Positions 1 through 11,173 of a stretch of DNA of 64,000 bases are shown here, one piece after another. The DNA comes from Flectonema sp. DT1601 (taxonomy: Eukaryota). A program made the translations under genes and the position numbers. The notes beneath the pieces were generated by a model. That model was not told where the DNA came from. It saw only the letters and a program-made list of their open reading frames with translations, and ran no database searches. Location of the stretch: positions 1,364,001 through 1,428,000 of the forward strand of contig OZ025795.1 of NCBI GenBank assembly GCA_964019425.1. The letters run 5' to 3'. Position 1 is the stretch's first letter, and every line of letters starts with the position of its first letter.

Positions 1-1317
1 AACTGCTGCTACTTCCTCAGAGGATATCTGCTGAAGCATTCTTCCCCTTAACATATCAAAGTACTCATGTATTTATTGAAGGTTAAGCTTATAATTAGTT
101 TAGTAGTTTCATAACTTTAAAGAAACTACTTTTTTTGTTTTATTTTTAAAGTTGTTATGTATTTGATTCAACAGCTGATATCTTATTTTTTTTGTATAGA
201 TGTTGTAGAGTATATAACTTTCGATAGTGTTAATTTTCTAACCCCCTCCTCCCTGCAGTTAACCCTTGTAACGGCCTACAGGGTACGTGTCCCCGAATCC
301 CCATATTCGACAGCACGTATGGGGTTTTGTCGATTGTTACTGCCGAACTGTTTTTTTTTTTTAGTTTTTAGCAAGTTGCTTTATATTTTTAATAACAGTT
401 ATGTAGTTTACCTGTTGAAAACTATAAAAAGAAAATTATGTGTCTTTTAGGCTTTTCTTGTTTTGTTAATGGCGTCTTCTTTTTTTTCTGTATTTTATCC
501 TCCTCTTTCAACCACTCCCTTCATTAGTTTGTTTGTTTATTAGTCTGTTTAAAATATTTTTATTTCTTCGAACGAAAATTTTCAATTTTTTTTTAAAAAA
601 AAATTAAAAAAAAAATCCGATTTTACCTAAATAAAAATATCGAAAATGGTAACCAATTATTACTGTGACACAGCACATAGAACTGATTTTCTTTGAGCAA
701 CAATTCTTGATTACAATTATCGAGAATTTTTGACATTTTTTGGTATTCCATTTTCGTTAATCTTTTATCAAGAGATCTTTTGAATATCGTTTTTTTTTTT
801 CTTCTGAATTGATTTTTCATATTCTTGGAGGGTTCAAAAACAAGCGAATGAATTTGTACTATTTATTTTTTTTCCATTCGTTCCGATGAGTGTTTTATTA
901 TTTTGAACTTATTAATATCTCTTACAGGTTACAATATGAAGAAATGGTTCTATGAAATTGTTTGTGAAAAGTGAAATGCGGATATTTCGGTGTTTTTATT
1001 TTACCGAACACCCTATCGATGATCTCGTTGTAGCCCTCTCATATATTTTCAATATCCCTAAAGTAGGGTGAGTCACAGTTGGCTGATTTTTAGCTTCCTG
1101 GGGATTCGTGAATAAAATAAATTTCAATTTTGTAATTTAACTTTTTACTTAATAATTACATTTCTTTTTATCAGGTGAAACAGTCATCAAAATTGAAGTA
1201 ATATAATGGTAAGCTGATCTGATCTGAACTACCAGATTCTACGATGTATCTGAGGTATTAAATTTAAAAAACCTTTTCCAACCCCATCCAAGTCCAGTAA
1301 CTCATGCTATATGAACA

Positions 1318-2559
1318 ATGACAGATCACAGTTCCGATGTCTGTGATCTATTCTTCGTTGATGACGAACATGATAGCCATCCTTGTGTTAAGGTAAATGG
1401 AATGAGTATGCACAGAGTAAAGAAGGGTAAGAAGTGGCCTTATGATATGTACCAAATATTAAATTGGATCGCGGCAGTAGTTTCGATTGTGATCCATTCA
1501 GCTGTACATATGCCGATGGCTGGAGAGACTTCAGATATAGTTTTCGGATTTTTAATACCACTCGGAATCACAATGTCTATTTGTTTAGGGTTCGGAGCGT
1601 CGTTAACACAACCAGCAGCACCAGCTGTGTTTGGATCAAAAAGATGGACAAGAGAACAGTTTGAAGAGTCCAGTAAATACAGACATCCCGGCATTGACAC
1701 AACACAACTAGTGTTTTGTGTTAATTGTCACGTTTGGGTTGGTCGAGAAGCAAAACACTGCCACTCCTGCAACAAATGCATCGAAGGATTTGACCACCAT
1801 TGTAAATTTGTTAATGCCTGCGTCGGTAGCACTAACTACACGGAATTTGCGTTCTTTTCAATCGTAACTATGATTACTGCATTGATTCAAGCAGTTTTTA
1901 ATGTGATTCTTTTCGTTGGATCATTCAGCACCGAAGACGGCTACAAGGCTCGATTCGAATACGCATATGACACATACTCTGATGCCCGCTTTGGAGTGTG
2001 GAGGACATTTGTAGTTCTATCTTTCATTCAAGACTGTGCATTATTCTGTTTACTTGTTCATTTAATGGGATTTCACCTCTCTCTGATGTTTAAAACTGTT
2101 GAGATTGATGTTTACTTCCCTGTTGTACTTCCCTCAGATTGGGACGGTAGCATATCAAAACTAGGTATTGAAGTAGACTGGTCGAATAAATGTGTTGTAA
2201 AAGTTATTAAAAATTCTCAATTTGACCGACTTGGTGTGAAAGACGGTTATCGTCTATCGACTGTGTTATTCGATGACCCAGTTATCCCAGCTCCAGTTGA
2301 CACACTCGCATTGTGGGAACCAGCTAGTCAATATCTTGTCAGTCGTTTAGGACTCGATGTTGATGTTGTTTTTATTTTCAAACGAACCAAGAAGATGACT
2401 ACGTATGATCACCTTGTTCAACAAGAAGGTGATGGAAGCTCTCAAGGAGGTTCACCAACAGATGTAGAAATGCCCTTGGAAATGGAAATTCAATCTCCTG
2501 ATCCGTCCCCTCATCGAGAGTCAGTTTCAAGCCCTGATGACAATGCTCCTGATTCTTAG
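1318..2559 (+). CDS. DHHC-type palmitoyl acyltransferase with PDZ-like insertion
   Basis: 413-aa ORF with Cys-rich domain CxxC...HCHSCNKCIEGFDHHCKFVNACVG, four hydrophobic segments and a TTYD (TTxE-like) motif near the C-terminus. Confidence 0.92.
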   Translation: MTDHSSDVCDLFFVDDEHDSHPCVKVNGMSMHRVKKGKKWPYDMYQILNWIAAVVSIVIHSAVHMPMAGETSDIVFGFLIPLGITMSICLGFGASLTQPAAPAVFGSKRWTREQFEESSKYRHPGIDTTQLVFCVNCHVWVGREAKHCHSCNKCIEGFDHHCKFVNACVGSTNYTEFAFFSIVTMITALIQAVFNVILFVGSFSTEDGYKARFEYAYDTYSDARFGVWRTFVVLSFIQDCALFCLLVHLMGFHLSLMFKTVEIDVYFPVVLPSDWDGSISKLGIEVDWSNKCVVKVIKNSQFDRLGVKDGYRLSTVLFDDPVIPAPVDTLALWEPASQYLVSRLGLDVDVVFIFKRTKKMTTYDHLVQQEGDGSSQGGSPTDVEMPLEMEIQSPDPSPHRESVSSPDDNAPDS

Positions 2560-2656
2560 AATTCTCGTCCTATTCAGTGAAGTAACATATAAAAGTGATT
2601 GACAACCATACACGAGTTATTTCAACCTCCCCTTTAAAAAAATAATAATAATTAAA

Positions 2657-2860
2657 AAGTAAATACACTCCAGAATTGCTAACTGGGGTTCTGATGAAGA
2701 GGTTAAAGAGGATAACTGATGATGAGAGAATAGAGTAAAGAGGTATATGGATTACTCTTGAAACATAATCACTGTATCTTTAACAGATTGTTGAATTATC
2801 GTTTATGATATGATACGAATAAAGTTTGTGTTAAAAATTCAAACATTCAACTCCCCCAAT
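2657..2860 (+). repeat. Dispersed structured 3'-flank repeat, copy 1
   Basis: Core ataactgatgatgagagaatagagtaaagagg...gaaacataatcactgtatctttaacagattgttgaattatcgttta is nearly identical to copies at 8313-8478 and 41789-41988. Confidence 0.9.
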
Positions 2861-3138
2861 AAAAAAAGTTTAAAATTTAAAAAAAAAAAAAAAAAATCGC
2901 TGACAAAAACAAGAAATTGTTTAATGTTGAGGGTCGCTTCCGCATCGGTAATTAATTTTGTCCCTCATCCGCTTGGTCTCCGAGTCTGTGAAATACTCGT
3001 TAGACGGTAAATGAATAAACCATATCAACTTTTGATTATATTTGTTCTGGTTTTTTTTTATATTTTTTATATACTTCGGTTTTCGTTGTTGGTATCTTTT
3101 ACTTTGTCAGACATTTTTTTATAAAATAATAGTAAGGA

Positions 3139-3252
3139 GTAATGGAGCCTTGCTATTAGGCTAGGGGGTTATCATTGTTGAAGATTACAACCCGTTGTAT
3201 CAAAGACTTGTGCTCTATTAATGGTGGTAATGGAGCCCTGCTATTAGGCTCC
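3139..3252 (+). repeat. Local direct repeat of a 24-nt hairpin-forming unit
   Basis: gtaatggagccttgctattaggct (3139-3162) and gtaatggagccctgctattaggct (3227-3250), one mismatch. Confidence 0.8.
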
Positions 3253-3860
3253 TTCATTGGGGCTGAACGCGCTTACGTGTTAACTGTGAAAAGGAAAGGG
3301 GGGAGAACGAAAGAACGAAGGGAGAAAAAAAAAAAGAAAAAAAATTCCCCTTTTTTTTACCCCAAAAATTACATTTATTCCTTGTTAACTCGTGTGTTCT
3401 GTCTGTCGGCAGTCAACATATCGTATCATACGAATTGCTTGTGAAATAGAAAGGGTTTTATGTTATTTTTGATTACTTGTTGGGTCCAATTTTAAAAACT
3501 CAACCCAAGTGATGTTCTCATACCTAACTTCTGACTTCTTCAGTGGTATCTGTTGATTGTAAAAGTCTTAAATCTTAACTTGTTGACTTCCTTCGTATTA
3601 ATCGTTTTTACTGTCTGCCTTCGAACAGATACAAGAAAGAGAAAGAATGTAATAATACAATTGTTTTTAGTGTTTTATGGTACCTTCTTTGGCCAACTTT
3701 AATTTTAACATATTTCATTCAGGAGCAACTTTGGGAAGGTGGGAGGAGAAGATTAGCTTGTGGTGTAGTATTATTATTGTTGTTATAACTTATTAGTTAT
3801 TTTTACAGAATTGAAAAAAAAAAAAAAAAGAAGGAAGAAGAAAAATAATAATAATTAAAT

Positions 3861-6800
3861 ATGGCTCAGGCCGTAACAGTTGCTGTCCGAGTACGTCCCT
3901 TCAATGACAGAGAGAAAGCAGAAGGAGCTCAGAATATAATTCAAATGAGCGGAGGTACAAAGACGACAATCGTTGGAGATCAGGGAAAGAGTCACACATT
4001 TAGTTTTGATCATTCGTTTTGGTCTCATGATGTCAACGGAGATAGACACGACTCTCAAGAAGATGTGTACCAAGCCCTTGGATCAAAGATTCTCTCTTCG
4101 GCAATAGATGGATACAATACTTGTCTCTTCGCATATGGACAGACTGGTTCTGGTAAGACTTACACTATGCTTGGGTATGGTGAAGACACTGGTGTTATTC
4201 CAAGACTCTGCAAAAGCCTATTCGAGACTTGCGACAAAAAACGTGATGACGAAGCTGGAGACTGGGATTGCCGAGTTCAGGTTTCCTATTTAGAAATTTA
4301 CAACGAGAAATGTCGTTGCTTACTAAACCCAAACAGTAAGGAAGTAAAGCCTAGAGAACACCCAGCAACAGGACCATATGTCGAGGGATTGACAACTGTA
4401 ATCGTAAGCACTTTTGAAGAAATCGAACAACTTATGGATGAAGGAAATAAAACTAGAACAGTGGCATCGACTGCTATGAATGCCACAAGCTCTCGATCAC
4501 ATGCTATTTTCACAATAACTTTCACACAATTTTCGAACCGAAACGCTGATCCCGACGGTAAAGGTTCTGAAAAGGTTTCAAAAATCAACCTCGTCGACCT
4601 CGCTGGTTCCGAGAGAGCCAACAAAACAGGAGCCACAGGAGCCACTTTAAAAGAAGGAGCGAACATAAATAAATCATTAGTATGTCTTGGGAAGGTTATT
4701 GCTGCTTTGGCAGATCACAAGAAAGGTGCGCACATCCCGTTCAGAGACTCTTCCTTAACTTGGTTATTAAAGGAAAACCTTGGTGGAAATAGCAGAACGA
4801 TTATGATGGCGGCATTGAGTCCACATGTTACTAACTATGAAGAATCATTATCAACGCTGAGGTATGCTGACAGAGCAAAGAGAATAAAAACACACGCAGT
4901 CGTAAACGAAGATCCGACTTCAAAAAGAATAAGAGAATTGACTGAAGAAGTTGACAGACTAAAACAGCTACTGACAAACACTAATATTCAACCAACTCAG
5001 TCTAAGACACAATCAACTGAAGAAGAAGAAGAAAATGAGTACACCTCTCTATCAGCTGCAGAGCAATTAGCACTCACAGTTGCGGCATTAGAAGATGCTG
5101 CTATGCCTTGGGAAGATAAACAAAAAAAGAATGAAGAAATTCAAGAAGAACGTCACCAAGCTCTTATTGAGTTGGGAATCGGAGTTGAAGTAGATAAGAA
5201 CAACCCGTCGCTTATTAATTTAAATGAAGATCCATTCATGAATGAATGTTTAGTTTATTTCTTGAAATCTGGAGAAACAACGATAGGATCATCACCAACT
5301 TGTGATATTACTATTCAGGGAGACTTACAATCTCATCATTGTACTATCACTACGTCGACAGATGAAATAAAACTTCAATCTACATCATCTGATGCAAACA
5401 CTTGTGTAAATGGACTTGAAGTAACTTTTGATAAACCTCTACAGCTACAACCGAGGGATAGGATTATATTTGGAGATCGTCACGTCTTCAGATTGAATCA
5501 TCCTTTAGTAGAACAAAAACAACGTGACGAGGGCAGTATTAATAACAACAGGTTCGATTACCAAATGGCCATAAACGAAAAGTACGAAACTTTTAAAAGA
5601 AATGTAATGCAAGAAGTCCAACGTGAAGAGAGAAGAAGAGAAGAAGAAGTTCAACAGCAGATTGATGATTTAAAAAAAGAAGAAAGACGTCGAGAAGAAG
5701 AAGTTGAACAACAACAACTATCTCGTATTGAAGCAGAGCTGAGAGTTAAAGAATTGGAAGAAAACTTAAAACAAACAAATGAAATATCACTACCGATGCA
5801 GAATTTAACTGGAACAGCACCAACAGTACCAACACCCAATAAGTTGGCTCCCGCAGGTATTGCCGCACAGCAAAAGGGAGCTCTACACACTTCAACAGGT
5901 GGGAGAATTAAATATGTTGATGTCGGATTGTTCTCAGCCAACCGAAAACATGTAAGCAGAGTACCTCCCCAACTCCTTCGTAAGTATAAAGTGATATTAA
6001 TAGGTCATGAAGAAGTTGGTAAGACATCAATTAAGAAATGTTGGCAAAGCGGAGATCCAAGATTCTTTAAAAAACTCCCCGACGTAATGTGTACTACGGG
6101 AATTGAAGTTCAAGAGCACCGTTTGAAGTACGAAGGACACGGAGCTGGAAAGCCAAGTGATGATGACTTGACTTTATCAGTTCTTGACTTTGCTGGGCAG
6201 GAAGTGTATCACAGTCACAGTTTGTTTTTATCACCGAGATCGATGTTTGTTTTTGTTTGGAACATGAGTAACTATGAAGATGGTCAAATGGCTGAATCAG
6301 AAGAATCGAGAATGATGTCCTGGCTTGATGAAGTCTACTCAAAGGCTCCTGGCTCTTCCGCTGTACTCCTCGGAACTCACAAAGATGAACTACCAAGTCA
6401 AAAGATTAGTAACTTAAATGCTATTCTAAATAACGTCAAAGCAAGAGTTGAAGAATACGTTCAGAGCATTCGCATAGCAGATGAACCAGAAAAAGATATT
6501 CGTGTTGTCGGATCGTACGCATGCAGTTGCAAGAGTCGTGGAGCGTGGGGTGGTGAATTTCAATCGGAAAAAGGTGCGAAGATGAGTGAACTACTCAGGG
6601 CAATTGGAGGGCAGGCTTTTAAGAATTGTCTCGCTGATAAACAATACCCAAGCGGTGCTATTCCGGGAAGACACATTCAATTTTTACGAGAGTTGGAAAG
6701 ATTAAAGAGTGAGAGAAAAAAACTACTTCTTCCTATTCAGGAATATGCTCAACTCGCATCTGACTTTGGGATTGAAGATCAGGGAGAGCTCAGAGACTGT

Positions 6801-8051
6801 ACAAATCTATTCCATTCGTGGAATGTAATTTATTTATTCACACAAGCAAAACGTCTTCTTGATCACCCATACATCTTTCTCCATCCTCTGTGGTTAAGTC
6901 ATATGGTTTCAGCTTTGTTTTCAATGGCGCACTTGCTCTACACTCCTCCAGCAGCTCGTAAGTACATCGGTGGGCTGAATTATAATCCAGAAGAGGCTCT
7001 TCGTGTTGATATGGGAAGACTACGTAATGGAGAATTGACTCTCTCTTTAGCAAGAGTGTTACTAAGTAGAAGTATAAAAGATATCAGAAATGATAAACAA
7101 GATGCTATGGTAGAAGACGTTGATTTAGAAATGTGTTTACAGCTACTCATCTCAATGGATTTAGTTTATCAAAGAGTTCTTCCTTCAGAATCAGATGATT
7201 CGGATGAAGAGACTAGTCAGTATTACGTCCCTTCATTGTTTCCTCTTAATCATCCTCCTTCACTTAAAGCTGTAGTTCCATATTTGTTTCAAAAGGGACT
7301 GTTCAGAATGTACATGTTTAATATTTTCCCAAAAGAATTCTACTACAGACTGGTATGCAGACTACAACACTTAATGATACCAATTTCTGTACCAGTTCCT
7401 GAAGGGATCACTATCGATATCGGTGAGGATGTGAAATACCTTCCTCCTAACTACGATCATCAAGTTCGAAACCACTGGAAAGATGGAATGTGGATAGGAA
7501 CTCAAGGGATTCGTGCATTTGTATATCAAATTGACACTATGATATACGCTGTCTTTTCACCTTCTGGTATGGGACAAACCGGAGAAGTTTCACAACAAGA
7601 ATTTATTGATTATTTCGATGAAGTAATCAACACTTTAGCAGACGAGTACGATGGACTTTCAATGTCTTGTTGTCAGCCGTGTGTTAATGGAGAATGTGAG
7701 AACTGGTTTGAAGTTAAGATCCTTAACGAAGTATCAAAGAAGGATGGATCTATTCAATGTCAGAACTGTCAGGAAGATAAACCCGCCAAGACCATCCTCC
7801 GAGGAGGAGGTTTAGAACGTTCTCCTGGTCCAGAATGGAATGATCTTTGGCCTAACCTGACAGCAGCATTAGGTACTGATAAAGCAGCTGCTCTCCTCTG
7901 TAGTTTGGAATGTATTATAAACGAGTCGGATATTTCTGATGCTGGTGAGTCATATTTATCGAAAGAGGACTCTGAATGTGATGTCTGGGCTGATAAATTC
8001 ATCAGCGTTCTGATGTACATCGCGTTCTGTCAGCAACAGTCTTACAGTTAG
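3861..8051 (+). CDS. Kinesin-3 (Unc104/KIF1-like) motor with FHA, coiled coil and C-terminal Roc GTPase-COR-like region
   Basis: Motor motifs VAVRVRP, GQTGSGKT, SSRSH, DLAGSER; LINLNED and RIIFG of the kinesin-3 FHA region; second P-loop GHEEVGKT with TTGIEV, DFAGQE and GTHKD. Confidence 0.92.
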   Translation: MAQAVTVAVRVRPFNDREKAEGAQNIIQMSGGTKTTIVGDQGKSHTFSFDHSFWSHDVNGDRHDSQEDVYQALGSKILSSAIDGYNTCLFAYGQTGSGKTYTMLGYGEDTGVIPRLCKSLFETCDKKRDDEAGDWDCRVQVSYLEIYNEKCRCLLNPNSKEVKPREHPATGPYVEGLTTVIVSTFEEIEQLMDEGNKTRTVASTAMNATSSRSHAIFTITFTQFSNRNADPDGKGSEKVSKINLVDLAGSERANKTGATGATLKEGANINKSLVCLGKVIAALADHKKGAHIPFRDSSLTWLLKENLGGNSRTIMMAALSPHVTNYEESLSTLRYADRAKRIKTHAVVNEDPTSKRIRELTEEVDRLKQLLTNTNIQPTQSKTQSTEEEEENEYTSLSAAEQLALTVAALEDAAMPWEDKQKKNEEIQEERHQALIELGIGVEVDKNNPSLINLNEDPFMNECLVYFLKSGETTIGSSPTCDITIQGDLQSHHCTITTSTDEIKLQSTSSDANTCVNGLEVTFDKPLQLQPRDRIIFGDRHVFRLNHPLVEQKQRDEGSINNNRFDYQMAINEKYETFKRNVMQEVQREERRREEEVQQQIDDLKKEERRREEEVEQQQLSRIEAELRVKELEENLKQTNEISLPMQNLTGTAPTVPTPNKLAPAGIAAQQKGALHTSTGGRIKYVDVGLFSANRKHVSRVPPQLLRKYKVILIGHEEVGKTSIKKCWQSGDPRFFKKLPDVMCTTGIEVQEHRLKYEGHGAGKPSDDDLTLSVLDFAGQEVYHSHSLFLSPRSMFVFVWNMSNYEDGQMAESEESRMMSWLDEVYSKAPGSSAVLLGTHKDELPSQKISNLNAILNNVKARVEEYVQSIRIADEPEKDIRVVGSYACSCKSRGAWGGEFQSEKGAKMSELLRAIGGQAFKNCLADKQYPSGAIPGRHIQFLRELERLKSERKKLLLPIQEYAQLASDFGIEDQGELRDCTNLFHSWNVIYLFTQAKRLLDHPYIFLHPLWLSHMVSALFSMAHLLYTPPAARKYIGGLNYNPEEALRVDMGRLRNGELTLSLARVLLSRSIKDIRNDKQDAMVEDVDLEMCLQLLISMDLVYQRVLPSESDDSDEETSQYYVPSLFPLNHPPSLKAVVPYLFQKGLFRMYMFNIFPKEFYYRLVCRLQHLMIPISVPVPEGITIDIGEDVKYLPPNYDHQVRNHWKDGMWIGTQGIRAFVYQIDTMIYAVFSPSGMGQTGEVSQQEFIDYFDEVINTLADEYDGLSMSCCQPCVNGECENWFEVKILNEVSKKDGSIQCQNCQEDKPAKTILRGGGLERSPGPEWNDLWPNLTAALGTDKAAALLCSLECIINESDISDAGESYLSKEDSECDVWADKFISVLMYIAFCQQQSYS

Positions 8052-8312
8052 ATATCTCTTCCTGACTTCTGAGAGGTTTTATTTGAGAGATGGACTGACA
8101 CTACAGTGCAGATTGTAACATCACTATTAAGGTAAGGTTCTGTGAAGCACAATTATCAAAGGTAACTGTACGACTGTGTGTGTGTTGTTTTTTTGGGAAA
8201 TCTCTCTCATGACAGTATCAGTTGCTCTTGTAAATCATATTCCTCGTGTGTTCGTTAATTCTCTTTTTTGAAACCGACCCCTTCCTACATACTTTTCCCC
8301 TGCTGTAGTGAT

Positions 8313-8478
8313 AAGTAACTACACTCCAGAATTGCTAACTGGAGTGCTTCAGTCTCTATAGTTGACTGACTACTACACCATAACTGATGATGAGAGAATA
8401 GAGTAAAGAGGTTTATGGATTACTCTCGAAACATAATCACTGTATCTTTAACAGATTGTTGAATTATCGTTTAGGATA
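8313..8478 (+). repeat. Dispersed structured 3'-flank repeat, copy 2
   Basis: Shares the tacactccagaattgctaactgg start and the ~95-nt core with copies 1 and 3. Confidence 0.9.
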
Positions 8479-9014
8479 ATTATCAGCTCAAAAAAAAAAT
8501 GTGCCACAGCAGTTCTGTATTTGTTGTCATCCAAAGTGTTCTGACGGCTGTTTTTTTAGTAATCTTAGCCTTGGAGTGTAATGAGCTGCGTTGCGCATCG
8601 TCCCTTTTTGGAAATAGTTGTTTTTTGTCGACACTGAAAACTTTATCGATTTTCTTTAGCACCATGCGCGTATTGTTTTTATTTTTTATTTTTATTTTAT
8701 TTTTTCTTCGTTCATTTTGCTTCGACACTTTTAACTTTAGGAAACCCGAAAGTACAGATATTCAATTTAAAGTATTCCTCTCAACAGCATAAACAAAGCG
8801 AACCTCTTAAGAACTCAGCTGTAAAGAAGTCCACCTCAGGAGGCTGTTGATCTGCGTTGTTCGTGACGCCCTGTTTTTCTATTATTTCTTTCTTACTTTT
8901 CGTCTAATCAGGAGAAACACTACACGGGATGTGTTATTAATAAAAAACTGAGCAATGTGTAGGTTATCATAAATATTATCGTCTGAAATCTATTCAAAAA
9001 AACAGATCTTTCAC

Positions 9015-9299
9015 ATGAACGCAGCTGTTGGATTTGTTGTGATCATTTTGGTTATTTGTTTGCAACTTAGAATGACCGAAACAGCTGTCCCCTGCAATGA
9101 AGAGGAAACCGTTCATAATTGGATTGCTGAATGCGAGTCCATTGACAAGGCAATCAGCTTATTAAAAAAACGAAAGGGAGGCAGTCTTGAAGAGATGTTA
9201 ATCGAAGATGGAAACGATTTCGGATACGAAACCGAAGAATTAATAAATAGATTTATAAGAGTCCTTGACACTCCTGGACATAAGTACGGAGAACCTTAG
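9015..9299 (+). CDS. Possible small hypothetical protein
   Basis: 94-aa ORF with protein-like composition, co-directional with neighbours; no recognisable motif and uncertain start. Confidence 0.35.
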   Translation: MNAAVGFVVIILVICLQLRMTETAVPCNEEETVHNWIAECESIDKAISLLKKRKGGSLEEMLIEDGNDFGYETEELINRFIRVLDTPGHKYGEP

Positions 9300-9559
9300 T
9301 TGATCTGCTCCTTTCATTTAAGGAACTCTGATTAAATATAGAAAGGGTTAGCCCAAACCTGGTTACCTATTGATTATGTGCTGTCGAATATGGAGATGCA
9401 GGGGCCACGTGGAGTAGTAACTTGATACTACGATTAAAATATAGAAAATCTTATTCCTCAGATCAAATGCAAGATCGATCTCTTTTGTGATGTAACAGAC
9501 TACTACTCGATTTATTTTATTTAAAAAAAAGAAAAACAAAAGGTTCAAAACAAAATCTA

Positions 9560-10753
9560 ATGGATAACATTGAGCAAAGCACGAAGGAAGATGCCGAGGT
9601 TAGACATTTCCAGACTGTGAAGCAGGCATTCAAAGCTTATCAACAGCATACGTTGCTTTCATGGGAGAGTGTGTATCCTAAGTTCGCAGGGTTAGAGATG
9701 AGACATCGGGTGCTGCTGCAAGGCATGGATGATCACTTTGCTGCAATCAGGAGATGTGTAGCAGCGAACTTTGAAGTTTTGTCGAATATTGGAGATCCAC
9801 AGGCGCATAATCTGTTCAAGAATCAACCTTCGATAGTTGAAAATCAATTTCAGCCTTTTACACCTTCCGAGGGAGATATTGATAAAGTCAGATCTACGTT
9901 ACGACACCTTGTAAGAGACTGGTCTCAAGAAGGGTTCGCAGAGAGAGATACTTGCTACTCACCAATCTTACGCGAGATAGAAGCAACCTTTCCATTAAAT
10001 GAATGCAATCGCGCTGACATACGAGTACTGGTTCCTGGATGTGGACTCTCAAGACTTGCTTGGGAAATTAACCAAAGAGGGTTCTGTGTACAAGGCAATG
10101 AAATGTCTTTGTATATGTTGATGGCTTCTGATTTTATTTTAAACAGAACTGATTCTCAGAATCAATATTTTTTGTACCCTTGGGTTCATCAAACGACTAA
10201 TGTTCTCCGCAGATCTGATGTTTTGCGTGAAGTTCGAATCCCGGACGTCAATACTGCTCAGTCTTCCCCAAACGCTGGTGATTTCTCGATGATTGCTGGA
10301 CCGTTCACAGAAATTTATTCAATCGATGAACAACAAGCTAAATGGAACTGTGTGATTACGTCGTTCTTTTTAGATACTGCTACTGATGTATTTCAGTACA
10401 TAGAAACAATTTACCATATATTACCAATCGGGGGGCATTGGATCAATCTTGGACCTTTGCACTATCAACAGGCAGATTTAGACCTCTCTCTTGAAGATAT
10501 TAAAACTATCGTCACATCTCTCGGGTTTGATATCGTGTCGGAAGATTTAATACCAACAACATACACAAGCAACCCTCGATCAATGTTGAAAGTTACCTTT
10601 CAGAGTGCGTTCTTCCACGCAGTTAAAACAGGAAGGCGTCCTGATGTGCTGGAAAGAGCTCCACCATCGACTATCAGACTTCCAATCCCCTCAGAAGTGT
10701 TTCCTGTTAACAGCGCACGACTGTCTAGCGACGTAGTGGAGTCTGATGACTAA
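9560..10753 (+). CDS. CARNMT1: Carnosine N-methyltransferase-like (N2227 family) SAM-dependent methyltransferase
   Basis: Family motifs VRDWS.EG..ER, VLVPGCGLSRLAWEI, GNEMSLYML, FFLDTA, WINLGPL. Confidence 0.88.
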   Translation: MDNIEQSTKEDAEVRHFQTVKQAFKAYQQHTLLSWESVYPKFAGLEMRHRVLLQGMDDHFAAIRRCVAANFEVLSNIGDPQAHNLFKNQPSIVENQFQPFTPSEGDIDKVRSTLRHLVRDWSQEGFAERDTCYSPILREIEATFPLNECNRADIRVLVPGCGLSRLAWEINQRGFCVQGNEMSLYMLMASDFILNRTDSQNQYFLYPWVHQTTNVLRRSDVLREVRIPDVNTAQSSPNAGDFSMIAGPFTEIYSIDEQQAKWNCVITSFFLDTATDVFQYIETIYHILPIGGHWINLGPLHYQQADLDLSLEDIKTIVTSLGFDIVSEDLIPTTYTSNPRSMLKVTFQSAFFHAVKTGRRPDVLERAPPSTIRLPIPSEVFPVNSARLSSDVVESDD

Positions 10754-10994
10754 ATCTTTTTATTCTTTTGCATTTAGACTTTGTTGTAGACTTTTCTTTT
10801 ATTAAATAATCCGAGAATGAAGACATAAATATATTTGTGGTTCTGGTTCGTTTAATGTATATTTCATTTACTATTTCATTTACTTTCTCACAGAAACCTA
10901 ATGGATTAAAAGGAGTGGAGTGCTATCTTTGTTAAAGCATATGTGAAAAACATAACAGATTTTTCTCCATTGTCCAAAGTCCTCCGAAAATCTC

Positions 10995-11001
10995 AAAAAA
11001 A
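10995..11001 (-). terminator. RNA polymerase III terminator (T7 run) of tRNA-Val
   Basis: T7 on the - strand beginning just past the tRNA discriminator base. Confidence 0.75.
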
Positions 11002-11002
11002 C

Positions 11003-11076
11003 TATTCCCATCCGGGCTCGAACCGGAGACCTTCGCCGTGTTAAGGCGACGTCATAACCAACTAGACCATGGGAAC
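11003..11076 (-). tRNA. tRNA-Val(AAC)
   Basis: Reverse complement reads GTTCCCATGGTCTAGTTGGTTATGACGTCGCCTTAACACGGCGAAGGTCTCCGGTTCGAGCCCGGATGGGAATA: acceptor stem GTTCCCA/TGGGAAT, anticodon arm TCGCC-TTAACAC-GGCGA, T arm with GGTTCGAGCCC. Confidence 0.96.
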
Positions 11077-11097
11077 TACGAAACCAACGATTCTAAA

Positions 11098-11141
11098 GCT
11101 ACAGTTTCTGTACTTTATTGCTACAGTTTCTGTACTTTATT
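11098..11141 (+). repeat. Perfect 22-bp tandem duplication at the tRNA/retrotransposon junction
   Basis: gctacagtttctgtactttatt at 11098-11119 and 11120-11141. Confidence 0.95.
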
Positions 11142-11173
11142 GTGTGTGATTTACAAAAAAAAAAAAACTAAAA

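Noticed and set aside
3139..3250. CRISPR-like repeat-spacer-repeat
   Set aside because: Only two units, eukaryotic context and no cas genes.
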